A program made the position numbers and the translations under genes. Positions 9,326-17,807 of a stretch of 32,000 nt of DNA are shown here, in pieces (positions within the stretch are counted from its first letter, which is position 1; the number at the start of each line of letters is the position of its first letter). The stretch is from NCBI GenBank assembly GCA_040388475.1, contig JAZKBT010000006.1, positions 314,262 to 346,261 on the forward strand. The letters run 5' to 3'. Origin of the DNA: Bacteroidota bacterium (GTDB lineage: Bacteria > Bacteroidota > Bacteroidia > Chitinophagales > Chitinophagaceae). A model generated the notes under the pieces. The model was not told the origin of the DNA, searched no databases, and saw only the letters and a list, made by a program, of their open reading frames with translations.

Positions 9326-10198
9326 ATGGAAAAAACAACTGCGCAACGCGTCGCATACCTCGAAAAGGAATTCAATCAGTATTACCGGTACCTAAGGGAC
9401 AGTTCGTCCTATATGTTTGAAATGATGAATTTCATGGATATTACGAACTATGACAAGAAAATATTTTCTGAATACTGGAGTTATGAGTACCTGTATAGGA
9501 TGTACAATATCCTGTGTGCTTATTTTGAAACATTGGGCCTGCCCCACTACCTAGAAAGATTTATTAAGGAGTTCCAACCTATTATTGACGACAAAAAGAA
9601 AGCGACTGATATTTTATCTATTCCACTCACATTTGGTGACAGCGAGGAAGACTTGACGTTGCTAATTGAATGGAAAAAATTTTTAGCACCATTTGATTTT
9701 TTCTGGACGAAACTCGATAAAAAAGAAATTCACAAGGTAAAGCAGCTTATAGAGTGTACAAATCAAATTCTAAAGTTGACGAAAACAAAAGTGTTCAAAG
9801 AGGATGACATCAACAGGATAATGCGAAGTGTGGCCAATTTTTATTTTAGTGATGTGAGCGCTTATTCGGAAGGCTATTTTGAGCACAATTTTAAACATTA
9901 CAAGCCTGACCTTATCATTAAGGAAACCGGTACCGCTATTGAATATAAGCTTATAAGGGATAATTCCGAGATTGGTACAAAGATGGATGAACTAATCATC
10001 GATGCCAAAAGATATGCAGGTAATCCACTTAACCGGGAATGTATTGCGGTTTTTTGCCTTTCGACAGCTGTCAATAAAACAATGAAGGAAATCAGGGAGG
10101 ATTGGGAGAAAATGAAATTTCCTTCCAATTGGGAACTAATCATTATAGATGACGTAATGATCGAGCCAAAGAAAATGAGGGTTACACAAAAAGCATAA
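9326..10198 (+). CDS. Hypothetical protein with putative C-terminal PD-(D/E)xK nuclease motif; operon partner of the OLD-family gene
   Basis: Starts 15 bp after the OLD-family stop. KPDLIIKETGTAIEYKLIRD gives PD-x10-E-x-K spacing typical of restriction-endonuclease-fold proteins. The N-terminal ~190 aa is unassigned. Confidence 0.4.
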   Translation: MEKTTAQRVAYLEKEFNQYYRYLRDSSSYMFEMMNFMDITNYDKKIFSEYWSYEYLYRMYNILCAYFETLGLPHYLERFIKEFQPIIDDKKKATDILSIPLTFGDSEEDLTLLIEWKKFLAPFDFFWTKLDKKEIHKVKQLIECTNQILKLTKTKVFKEDDINRIMRSVANFYFSDVSAYSEGYFEHNFKHYKPDLIIKETGTAIEYKLIRDNSEIGTKMDELIIDAKRYAGNPLNRECIAVFCLSTAVNKTMKEIREDWEKMKFPSNWELIIIDDVMIEPKKMRVTQKA

Positions 10199-10215
10199 GG
10201 ACACCACTACTAGTG

Positions 10216-11649
10216 TCAAAAAGGCAAATCGGGATCTTCGATAGTTGGAACGCTTCCGAACGGCTTAACTTTATCAATACCCGGAGACAAAAATTTATGC
10301 AGCGCTTTTAAGTTTCCCAACAGTTCATCAAAAGTTATGATCTGTACGTTTTTTGAATTGCCCCTGAACATTTCGAATGATTTGTGTTCGTCTGAATTTG
10401 ATAAAGATCTTCCGGCAATCAAAATACCTCTAACAGCGAAAGACTCGATAGTGTTATTCCGACTATCTACTTTTAGATGGTTAAAATTCTTTTGAAACAC
10501 ATAAATTTGGTCGAGTAACTGATTTACTGCCGCGCTAATTTCAGGGGCTGGGGCAAACACGCCAACCCGATATTCTTGCGCGGAAAGAAGTTTGAGGCTC
10601 GGTGTTTTAATTTCTACGAGTGCTGCATTTCCTGAAACACTATTTTGCATTAAGTAATCGGCAATTTTCCCGCCTGTTCCTGAAAATTTAGTACCTCCAA
10701 CCGAAGCCTGTTCCTCAACACTAATCACAGGCACACCGAACGCCATATTAAGAATGAACGGATTTTGATTCAGTAATTTCTGCCAGTGGTTTTCGCCTAA
10801 TTTTTTATTCATCATGTCTTCAAACCGCGCAATCAATTCTTCAAGTGTAACTAGTTCTATATCCTGACGAAGTTTAACAAGGACTTCGGGGTTTTCGCTG
10901 GCTATTTGCCTGCCCTGTTCTTTAATGATTTTAACGGCATTGGTTCGCTCTTCTTTATCGTCATTCGCTTTTCGAATGGATTTGTCTTTGATAAACTTCG
11001 TGATTGCGGCAGTGGATCTACCGTTATCCATTCCTAGCGGTTCGTAATCAAGCAAGTCAAAAAACAAGTCACCTACCAACTCCTTTTTTAATTTTAAGGA
11101 AATTCTTTGTGTGCGGGAAGTTAGGTTGTCAATAGCCTTGGTCATTTTATGCAGATCCTGCCGACTTATCACTGCTTTATTATTTGTAGGGTCCAGTGAC
11201 ATTTTGCCCGTCAGGGTAATATGCAATTGGTCCATTCCGAAATGTTCCAACATCGAAACTATTGACCGATAGCCTTTCTTGAATCCCAAACCATAATTAT
11301 GATCTTCAACAAATGCACCGGGGAGTATCGAATTAAAAAAGGCTTCAACGTTATCAGCTTTAAAGTAAGCTGCTTCTATATCTTTTAGATCCAGCCGTAT
11401 ACTTTCCAATACGTAATATTTTGGTTGCATACACCTCAATCCCCAAACCTGAAAAGGAAAAATGGTCAAACTTTTTTTTTCGACATCTACCTCAAAAATT
11501 CGTCTCTTAAAATCCTTTCTATCATAGCCCTCATGCGGAAGCGCCTCGTTTGGAGGTGTAAAATATCCCCAATAAACGCTTTCACTGATACTTTGAATAT
11601 CAAGATTGCCTTCTGGCATGATGGTATCTGATGGGAAAGGACGAGCCAT
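10216..11649 (-). CDS. sduA: Shedu defence nuclease (DUF4263 / SduA-like)
   Basis: C-terminal half: NPFILNMAFGVPVISVEEQASVGG...KIADYLMQNSVSGNAALVEIKTPSLKLL (D...E-x-K core), ILIAGRS and NVQIITFDELLGNLKAL. This fits the DUF4263 layout. The N-terminal domain is unassigned. An extra tail ends in EDPDLPF. Confidence 0.65.
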   Translation of the reverse strand: MARPFPSDTIMPEGNLDIQSISESVYWGYFTPPNEALPHEGYDRKDFKRRIFEVDVEKKSLTIFPFQVWGLRCMQPKYYVLESIRLDLKDIEAAYFKADNVEAFFNSILPGAFVEDHNYGLGFKKGYRSIVSMLEHFGMDQLHITLTGKMSLDPTNNKAVISRQDLHKMTKAIDNLTSRTQRISLKLKKELVGDLFFDLLDYEPLGMDNGRSTAAITKFIKDKSIRKANDDKEERTNAVKIIKEQGRQIASENPEVLVKLRQDIELVTLEELIARFEDMMNKKLGENHWQKLLNQNPFILNMAFGVPVISVEEQASVGGTKFSGTGGKIADYLMQNSVSGNAALVEIKTPSLKLLSAQEYRVGVFAPAPEISAAVNQLLDQIYVFQKNFNHLKVDSRNNTIESFAVRGILIAGRSLSNSDEHKSFEMFRGNSKNVQIITFDELLGNLKALHKFLSPGIDKVKPFGSVPTIEDPDLPF

Positions 11650-12103
11650 AGTATTAATTGAGTTTCAAAATATTTGCCCCATGTTTTTCAGTATTCTCCG
11701 GCTAAAATTCGCTCAAGGTAATATTGATGTTTTGCAAAAAATCCTATATCACCTGCGTATTTGGTCTACCCGCATATTGAGAAGAAATATTTACACTATC
11801 GTATTCGAAACGGCTTAAAAACACAATATTTAAATCTCTCCACTTGAATTTGTTGAGAAAAGGGCTTATAACTTCAGCAAATTCGGTGCATCTAACTTGC
11901 CTCGGAATTAACTTTATCCGTCTTAAAAGTAAGCTGTTTATAAATAGTAATTTTATGTCTTTTGACCCATCGATGACAATTTGGCAACCCATCCAAACAT
12001 CAAATATGCTGACTACCAACAAATTATAGTTGTGCAATAAAAGGCATAATTTTAGACAAGGTCCAATAACCATTGCACAAGCTGTTAACCAAAAACTGCC
12101 TAG

Positions 12104-13024
12104 ATGGAAAATGAGACCTTCATAGACATCAAACCTCTCTTGGATCGGATCGAGCCATTGATCCGAACCATGCAGCATGCGAAAATGGAAGTGGGTCTCT
12201 CACCCAGCAACGAGCATATTGTTACAGCTATCAAGTATCAGGGCATAAACCAGATGCGCCAGGAGTTCATCCAGCGCCTGACAAGTTCCATCGTTAAATA
12301 CGTCATCGAAAAATCAAAGTACCAGAGCCGAAAAGACGAACTGGAAGCAGACGGCTTTGACGAAAGTGATGCCGGTGCGGAAATCTTTCAGCAGGCAACG
12401 CATTATTTCAGGAAATCCGAAATCAAAGGACAATTTTCCGAACTGTTATTGTTCAATCTTCTGCAATATTATTTTGACGCGGTACCGGTGGTAAGAAAAA
12501 TGAAAATTACCACCAACCCAGAAATGGAGAGAAATGGTGCCGATGCCATTCACTTAGGCAAACTTTCAGACAATCAATATTGTGTTTACTTAGGAGAAGC
12601 CAAAACGTACGCATCAGGGTTTACCGGGGCTTTTACAAAAGCTATAAGCAGTATCATCAAAGCATATAATGACCACAGACAGGAACTTCATCTACACAGC
12701 TATTCAGATTTTCTGGAGACACCTGTAAGAGACTTGATGAAGAAATACCTCAGTGGTGCCATAGATCTGCCGGTGAAGCTGGTTGTGATCATCAGCTACT
12801 GCACCGGTGAAACCCCGCAGCAGGATTCAAAGGAAAACTACGAGCAATATTATATCGGTGAAGTTCTAAAGGCATGTAAAAAAATAACGGAGGATCATTA
12901 TAAAGACGAAGAAAAAAATAAAATTCATCCCGCACTCCTAAAAGAGATCCATTACATTTTGTTCCCGGTTAACGAGCTTGAAAAATTGCTCGCAGATTTC
13001 CAACTTAAACTGGGACTTAAATGA
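12104..13024 (+). CDS. hamA: Hachiman HamA (DUF1837, PD-(D/E)xK nuclease)
   Basis: 306 aa. SELLLFNLLQYYF, then GADAIHLGK...VYLGEAKTY (D...E-A-K). The stop overlaps the start of a large SF2 helicase gene (ATGA at 13021-13024), the canonical Hachiman gene pair. Confidence 0.7.
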   Translation: MENETFIDIKPLLDRIEPLIRTMQHAKMEVGLSPSNEHIVTAIKYQGINQMRQEFIQRLTSSIVKYVIEKSKYQSRKDELEADGFDESDAGAEIFQQATHYFRKSEIKGQFSELLLFNLLQYYFDAVPVVRKMKITTNPEMERNGADAIHLGKLSDNQYCVYLGEAKTYASGFTGAFTKAISSIIKAYNDHRQELHLHSYSDFLETPVRDLMKKYLSGAIDLPVKLVVIISYCTGETPQQDSKENYEQYYIGEVLKACKKITEDHYKDEEKNKIHPALLKEIHYILFPVNELEKLLADFQLKLGLK

Positions 13025-15549
13025 CTTTCTCGCCGCTAGAATATGAATTGTTCCACCATAACCTTCACCAGGTAGCCCTTAAATTCGGGCTGGTGGATGA
13101 GGGACCGCCGGCATTAGAGGAGGACACTGTCTGCCGGCTTCTGAACCGCGCAGAAGAATATTCTTTTGAGCCCACTAACGAAGAGCGATATAAGAGCCTC
13201 CTCATCTGTGCTTTGTTATGGGAAAATAAGCATGAGGCCTGGAGTGCGCTTGCGCCTTTTATTTCAAAAATATTGATTCGTTTAGGCCTGACAACGTCAG
13301 CTAAAATGGTCAATTGGAACAAGGACTTGGCGCTGTTTAATTCCTTCGGTAGTTTACTGGAAGAACTTTGCGCCACGGTGCAACTGATGGATAGCGAAGT
13401 TTCTATTGCAGATCAAAAATTGACTCTGTCTGATTTTCAAAAAAGGATGTGGGACAGTATTGATCAATATAGTCGCGTAGGGATTTCAGCGCCGACATCT
13501 GCAGGAAAGTCTTTTGTGCTGGTTAATAAGGCCATCCAAACATTAATAAACCAGGATGGAAAGATTTTCTTTATCGTGCCTACGATCAGCCTTATCACCC
13601 AGGTATCAAATGATATCCGCAAAAAACTAAAAGAGTTATCGATCTATAATATCGAAGTCGCCCAGACGGTAAACGATATTTCACTCTTTAAGTCAGCAAA
13701 AGCAATTTATGTACTCACGCAGGAAAGGGCTTTTTCTGCGATCAATCATCCGGACGCAGATTTTTCAGATGTAAGAATGCTGATCGTTGATGAGATACAG
13801 AATATTGAAAAAGTAGCTAACGAAAACGAAGAACGGGCCAAGATCCTCTTCGATGTAATTCAGATATTCAAAAACGACCTGAACCCTGATAAGATAGTTT
13901 TAAGTGGACCGCGACTCGACAAACTGCAGGGTATTATGAAAAAATGGTTTGGTGATGAGGCGCGAAGTGTATCTGAAGAACTGCCGGCAGTATTGAACCT
14001 CACGTATTCTTTCAAAAAAGGTCGGGGAACACTTTCTTTCGTGCAATATATTTCAGAAGATGTATATCAATCTATCCTGGTAGATGATCGCTTTAAGGTA
14101 AAAGCCAAAATGCTTGACCGCCAGAAGTTTGGTACAGAAGAAAATCAACTCTTAGCCGGCATCATCAACAGCACTAAAAAAGAAGGCAATATTATTTTTG
14201 CCGACAAATCAAAATCAGCTAATGAAATTGCCAGAGGCATTGCTTTACTTTTAAACGATAACGACCTGTCACCAGATACCGAAAGCTTCTCTGCATTTAT
14301 CGAATCAACCGTACATCCGAAATACGAGTTAATTCAAACTGTAAAAAAAGGAATTGCTTATCACCATGCAAAGATGCCTCCACATATCCGCTGTTTGGTT
14401 GAAAAGCTTTTTATCGGCAAGCATTTAAACACTGTAGTGGCTACCACAACGTTAATGCAAGGCGTAAACCTGCCGGCAAAAAATATCATTATTAAAACAC
14501 CTAAAGTAGGTCTTGGGGAGCTGACCGGTTATGAATTTTCCAATCTGAAAGGAAGGGCCGGCAGATTGATGCAGGATTTTGTCGGACGGGCGCTGATCAT
14601 CAATGAAGGGGCCTGCGAAGAAGTGGGTATTAAGCTTGGTGTATCACAGCAAAAGGAATTGATAATCGGGTATGCCGGTAAATTTGAGATGGATAAAAAT
14701 GTTATCCTTGATTGTCTTACCAACAATAAAGTGATGTCTAATGAGGTTTCCAATGACATCGTTACTTATATCCGCAATATGGTTGTGCGATACGGCCTAA
14801 GCGCAGACATAAGACTGGGTGAAGTAGGAATCGTGCTCGATAAGGCTGTTATTGATTCCATTACCGCTGGCCTCAATAACCTGGAAGTGCCGGCTATTAT
14901 CTGCCGCAATAATTTTTACTGGGATCCGCTGGTACTCGATCAGCTTTACAAACAGGTAAAAAACGATGAATGGCCCGACTTACCCAATACCATTATAGGT
15001 TCATCGGGTGCGATTCATGAATGCATTTTAAAAATGGCTGCGTTCGCGCCGATGTATTACGCGCGCTATATTCCCAAATTAGAAATCACGGAATTTAGTG
15101 TGAGGAAAGTACAGTCTTTATCTATTTATGCTGAAAGCTACGGGAGAGGAAGGCCGTTAAAAGATGTGATCAATCCAATCGGGTTTCCCATAGAATCACC
15201 AGAACAGATCGAAGAAAGGATCAATGATATTCAAACAAAGGTTGTTTATGGTATTCCTAAATTATTAAAACCATTGTTCCAGATATATGATCTGCTAAAA
15301 GAGCAAAAAACAGCGGCTATTCTGTCCTGTATTGAAGTGGGGGGACTTGAACAGCGATTACGCGCTCTTATTGAAATCGGTATCCCGCGTGAAACAGCCA
15401 TAGCATTGTTACAAAATGATCCTGACGATAAACTCATTGATGCCGATGACCGTATCAGTGAAACAGCATTAAAAGCATTTTTACGACGAGCCAAAGCATC
15501 AGTTCATTTGAATAAGTGGCATAAACTGATTATCCATGATATTCTTTAA
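13021..15549 (+). CDS. hamB: Hachiman HamB (SF2 helicase)
   Basis: 842 aa. Motif I GISAPTSAGKSFVL, motif II LIVDEIQNI, motif V-like VATTTLMQGVNLPA, motif VI NLKGRAGRL. Translationally coupled to the DUF1837-like gene. Confidence 0.75.
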   Translation: MTFSPLEYELFHHNLHQVALKFGLVDEGPPALEEDTVCRLLNRAEEYSFEPTNEERYKSLLICALLWENKHEAWSALAPFISKILIRLGLTTSAKMVNWNKDLALFNSFGSLLEELCATVQLMDSEVSIADQKLTLSDFQKRMWDSIDQYSRVGISAPTSAGKSFVLVNKAIQTLINQDGKIFFIVPTISLITQVSNDIRKKLKELSIYNIEVAQTVNDISLFKSAKAIYVLTQERAFSAINHPDADFSDVRMLIVDEIQNIEKVANENEERAKILFDVIQIFKNDLNPDKIVLSGPRLDKLQGIMKKWFGDEARSVSEELPAVLNLTYSFKKGRGTLSFVQYISEDVYQSILVDDRFKVKAKMLDRQKFGTEENQLLAGIINSTKKEGNIIFADKSKSANEIARGIALLLNDNDLSPDTESFSAFIESTVHPKYELIQTVKKGIAYHHAKMPPHIRCLVEKLFIGKHLNTVVATTTLMQGVNLPAKNIIIKTPKVGLGELTGYEFSNLKGRAGRLMQDFVGRALIINEGACEEVGIKLGVSQQKELIIGYAGKFEMDKNVILDCLTNNKVMSNEVSNDIVTYIRNMVVRYGLSADIRLGEVGIVLDKAVIDSITAGLNNLEVPAIICRNNFYWDPLVLDQLYKQVKNDEWPDLPNTIIGSSGAIHECILKMAAFAPMYYARYIPKLEITEFSVRKVQSLSIYAESYGRGRPLKDVINPIGFPIESPEQIEERINDIQTKVVYGIPKLLKPLFQIYDLLKEQKTAAILSCIEVGGLEQRLRALIEIGIPRETAIALLQNDPDDKLIDADDRISETALKAFLRRAKASVHLNKWHKLIIHDIL

Positions 15550-15776
15550 TGCAATCTTTCCATGAAATCGATGGGCTGATTTCAATCATTAATACATTAC
15601 TAACTATTTTTATTCCCAATATGTCAAAGAACTGTTTGCTCACACATAGCAGCCGCTGCAAGAAAGCTTTCAATTGTTTGGTAAAAATATAATGAAGACG
15701 GAAAATAAATTGAGCCTCCCCGTTTTTCGGGTAGGCAAATGACTAAGTAAAACGTCCTTTTATCTAATAAGAGCAA

Positions 15777-17369
15777 TTGTTTACTGATTTAGTAACTTTT
15801 GCTCAAAATATGATTAATACACAGCCAAATTCACTCTCCGCCATTTTATATGTCCGAGTAAGCACAGAAGAACAAGCTATCAGAGGCGGTTCTTTAAAAA
15901 CTCAAGAAGATACACTTCGCCAATACTGCAGTCTTCGAAATATTAAAATCAAACGAGTGTATGTCGAAGATCATTCAGCAAAAACATTCAACCGTCCTGA
16001 GTGGAAAAAATTAATTACAGAAATAAAAAGCACTAAGCCGCCGTCAGAGTTGGTGCTTTTTACACGATGGGATAGATTTAGCAGGAACACTGGTGACGCT
16101 TACTCCACTATTAAAGTTCTCCGAAACCTAGGAGTCGATCCTCAAGCCGTCGAACAACCCTTGGATTTATCAGTACCAGAAAATAAAATGATGCTGGCTT
16201 TTTATCTGGCAATTCCGGAAGTTGAGAATGACCGCCGCAGCTTAAATACAAAAATGGGTATGCAACGGGCGAGAGAAACCGGCCGTGTTCTAGGCCGTGC
16301 GCCAATAGGATATGTGAATTATTGTTATCCTAACGGTTTTAAAGGTATTGTTCTTAAATACCCGGAGGCCGCTATCATTGAAAATGCATTTACACGGTTG
16401 GCAAATTCGAAATGTAAAATCACAGATGCATATTCAGAGATATTAAAAGAAGGGCTCATCTGCAGTAGATCCAACTTCTGGAAATTATTACAGAATCCCA
16501 TTTATGCAGGTAACGTAAGAATTACCGATGATGCTAGTGCCAGCTCCTATATAATTCCGGGGCAACACAAAGGAATTGTCTCGGTGGAAACTTTTGATAA
16601 AATTCAACTACTATATTTCGGTAAAAAGAAAAGCAGATTAGAATTTCTTCTGGTCAATAACAGATTCCCTATGCGTGACTTTATGTCTTGTCCTATTTGT
16701 GGTAAACGCTTGACCGCAAGTGTTTCTTCGGGAAGAACGTATAAATATCCCTATTATCATTGTATATGGCCTTGCCGCTACAGGGTTAGAGCAGAAAAAA
16801 TATATGATAGATTTCTTCAAAAATTAACCGGCCTAATTCCTAAAAAAGAATATGTTGATCTGTATATAAGCATTGTTAATGAAAGTTATTCAAGAGAGAA
16901 CAAACGCTTGGCAACAAAGAAAATGAAAGCATTGACCAGTATTGAATTATTCACTGATAGAATTGCTAAAGCCAAGAATTTATTGCTGGATACTCATATC
17001 GATTTTGAAGGATACAATGATATCAAATCTGATCTGGAGAGTAAGATTCAGGTTTTAGGATATACTGTACAAGCCTATTCACAAAAGCAAATTGATCTTA
17101 CCGACAAGATTAAGGGAAGTGCGCGTTTTATTTCAAACCCTAAAAAACTTTTTCAAGCACTTGATGAAATGAACAGGCCTTCGTTACTAAATAGGATTTT
17201 AGTCCGGAGTCAAAATTGGGAGCAAGGAAATTCGAACCATATTTTCCAGCAATCGTTTCGCGCCATCTACGGTTTAGATGAACAGGAGATTGAAGCCAAA
17301 ATGAGCGAAGTTGATGTAAGATCTACTTTAGAAACAATGGCAAATCTTGAGTTATTACTCGTTCAGTAG
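15777..17369 (+). CDS. Large serine recombinase (resolvase/invertase N-domain + recombinase domain + zinc ribbon + coiled coil)
   Basis: AILYVRVSTEEQAIRGGSLKTQ (catalytic Ser), VLFTRWDRFSRN, zinc ribbon CPICGKRLT...YYHCIWPC, long helical C-terminus. The listed start is TTG at 15777. The ATG at 15810 (MINTQPNS) is a plausible true start. Confidence 0.85.
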   Translation: MFTDLVTFAQNMINTQPNSLSAILYVRVSTEEQAIRGGSLKTQEDTLRQYCSLRNIKIKRVYVEDHSAKTFNRPEWKKLITEIKSTKPPSELVLFTRWDRFSRNTGDAYSTIKVLRNLGVDPQAVEQPLDLSVPENKMMLAFYLAIPEVENDRRSLNTKMGMQRARETGRVLGRAPIGYVNYCYPNGFKGIVLKYPEAAIIENAFTRLANSKCKITDAYSEILKEGLICSRSNFWKLLQNPIYAGNVRITDDASASSYIIPGQHKGIVSVETFDKIQLLYFGKKKSRLEFLLVNNRFPMRDFMSCPICGKRLTASVSSGRTYKYPYYHCIWPCRYRVRAEKIYDRFLQKLTGLIPKKEYVDLYISIVNESYSRENKRLATKKMKALTSIELFTDRIAKAKNLLLDTHIDFEGYNDIKSDLESKIQVLGYTVQAYSQKQIDLTDKIKGSARFISNPKKLFQALDEMNRPSLLNRILVRSQNWEQGNSNHIFQQSFRAIYGLDEQEIEAKMSEVDVRSTLETMANLELLLVQ

Positions 17370-17556
17370 AGAAATGGTTCGATTTTCGAAAGGTCAACTT
17401 ATTGAACTTTTTGGGAAGAACGTGTATCGAATAGTGTAGGAGGGCTAAAGATCAAGCGGTTATAAACCCGGTAGGCGGTTCTAAATGAAATCGGCTTAGG
17501 AAGGAATCGATTTTTATTTTCTTGTAAAATCATCAGAATTTCATTTCAATGATTTT

Positions 17557-17627
17557 CCTGAAACCCAATACCACAAAGGGTTTCAGGGGTATAAAATGAA
17601 AAAGGAAAGTCGTATTAACTTTCCTTT
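17557..17627. repeat. Two adjacent perfect 10-bp-stem hairpins between convergent genes (possible terminators without U-tracts)
   Basis: cctgaaaccc (17557-17566) pairs with gggtttcagg (17578-17587). aaaggaaagt (17601-17610) pairs with actttccttt (17618-17627). They lie between the recombinase stop and the mobC stop. Neither strand has a T-run after them. Confidence 0.5.
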
Positions 17628-17807
17628 AACTAAGTAGGGATCCGGTAGACATTTCCGAGCATTTTATACCTGATTTAAAGCTATTAGCAACGATGCACAT
17701 TGATTAAAGTATTGATTGTTAGTATTTTAGATCACAATTTCGAAAAAAGCATCGATTCGAAAAATGCCAATTTGTACCGTATGGGAATCGAACCACTTTC
17801 AGCCGTT

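Larger units (their letters stand above)
7658..15549. other. Defence island (OLD-family pair, Shedu, Hachiman)
   Basis: Five consecutive genes all carry nuclease, ATPase or helicase defence-type motifs. They sit next to a recombinase and a mobilization module. Confidence 0.6.

Noticed and set aside
11744-12178. 144-aa minus-strand ORF in the Shedu/hamA intergenic region
   Set aside because: It overlaps the first 25 codons of hamA and lies in AT-rich promoter DNA. Its translation is Cys/Trp/Leu/Ile-rich with no recognisable motif, so it is most likely a chance ORF. The plus-strand ORFs 11606-11818 and 11844-12029 look equally unconvincing. A degraded gene remnant cannot be excluded.
15572-17554. 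Shared short motifs flanking the recombinase gene as possible paired att or inversion sites
   Set aside because: The motifs are atgaaatcg at 15572 and 17485, and atttcaatcatt/atttcaatgatt at 15589 and 17543. My rough estimate is that matches of this length between two intervals of 230-430 bp are not clearly beyond chance. Sites enclosing only the recombinase gene would also make little biological sense.
17775-17800. Possible tRNA gene on the minus strand (gtggttcgattccc resembles a T-arm/loop)
   Set aside because: The putative T-stem pairs poorly (at best 3 of 5). I could not build acceptor, D or anticodon arms from the flanking sequence. At most this is a tRNA-derived fragment, so it is reported only as part of the junction finding.
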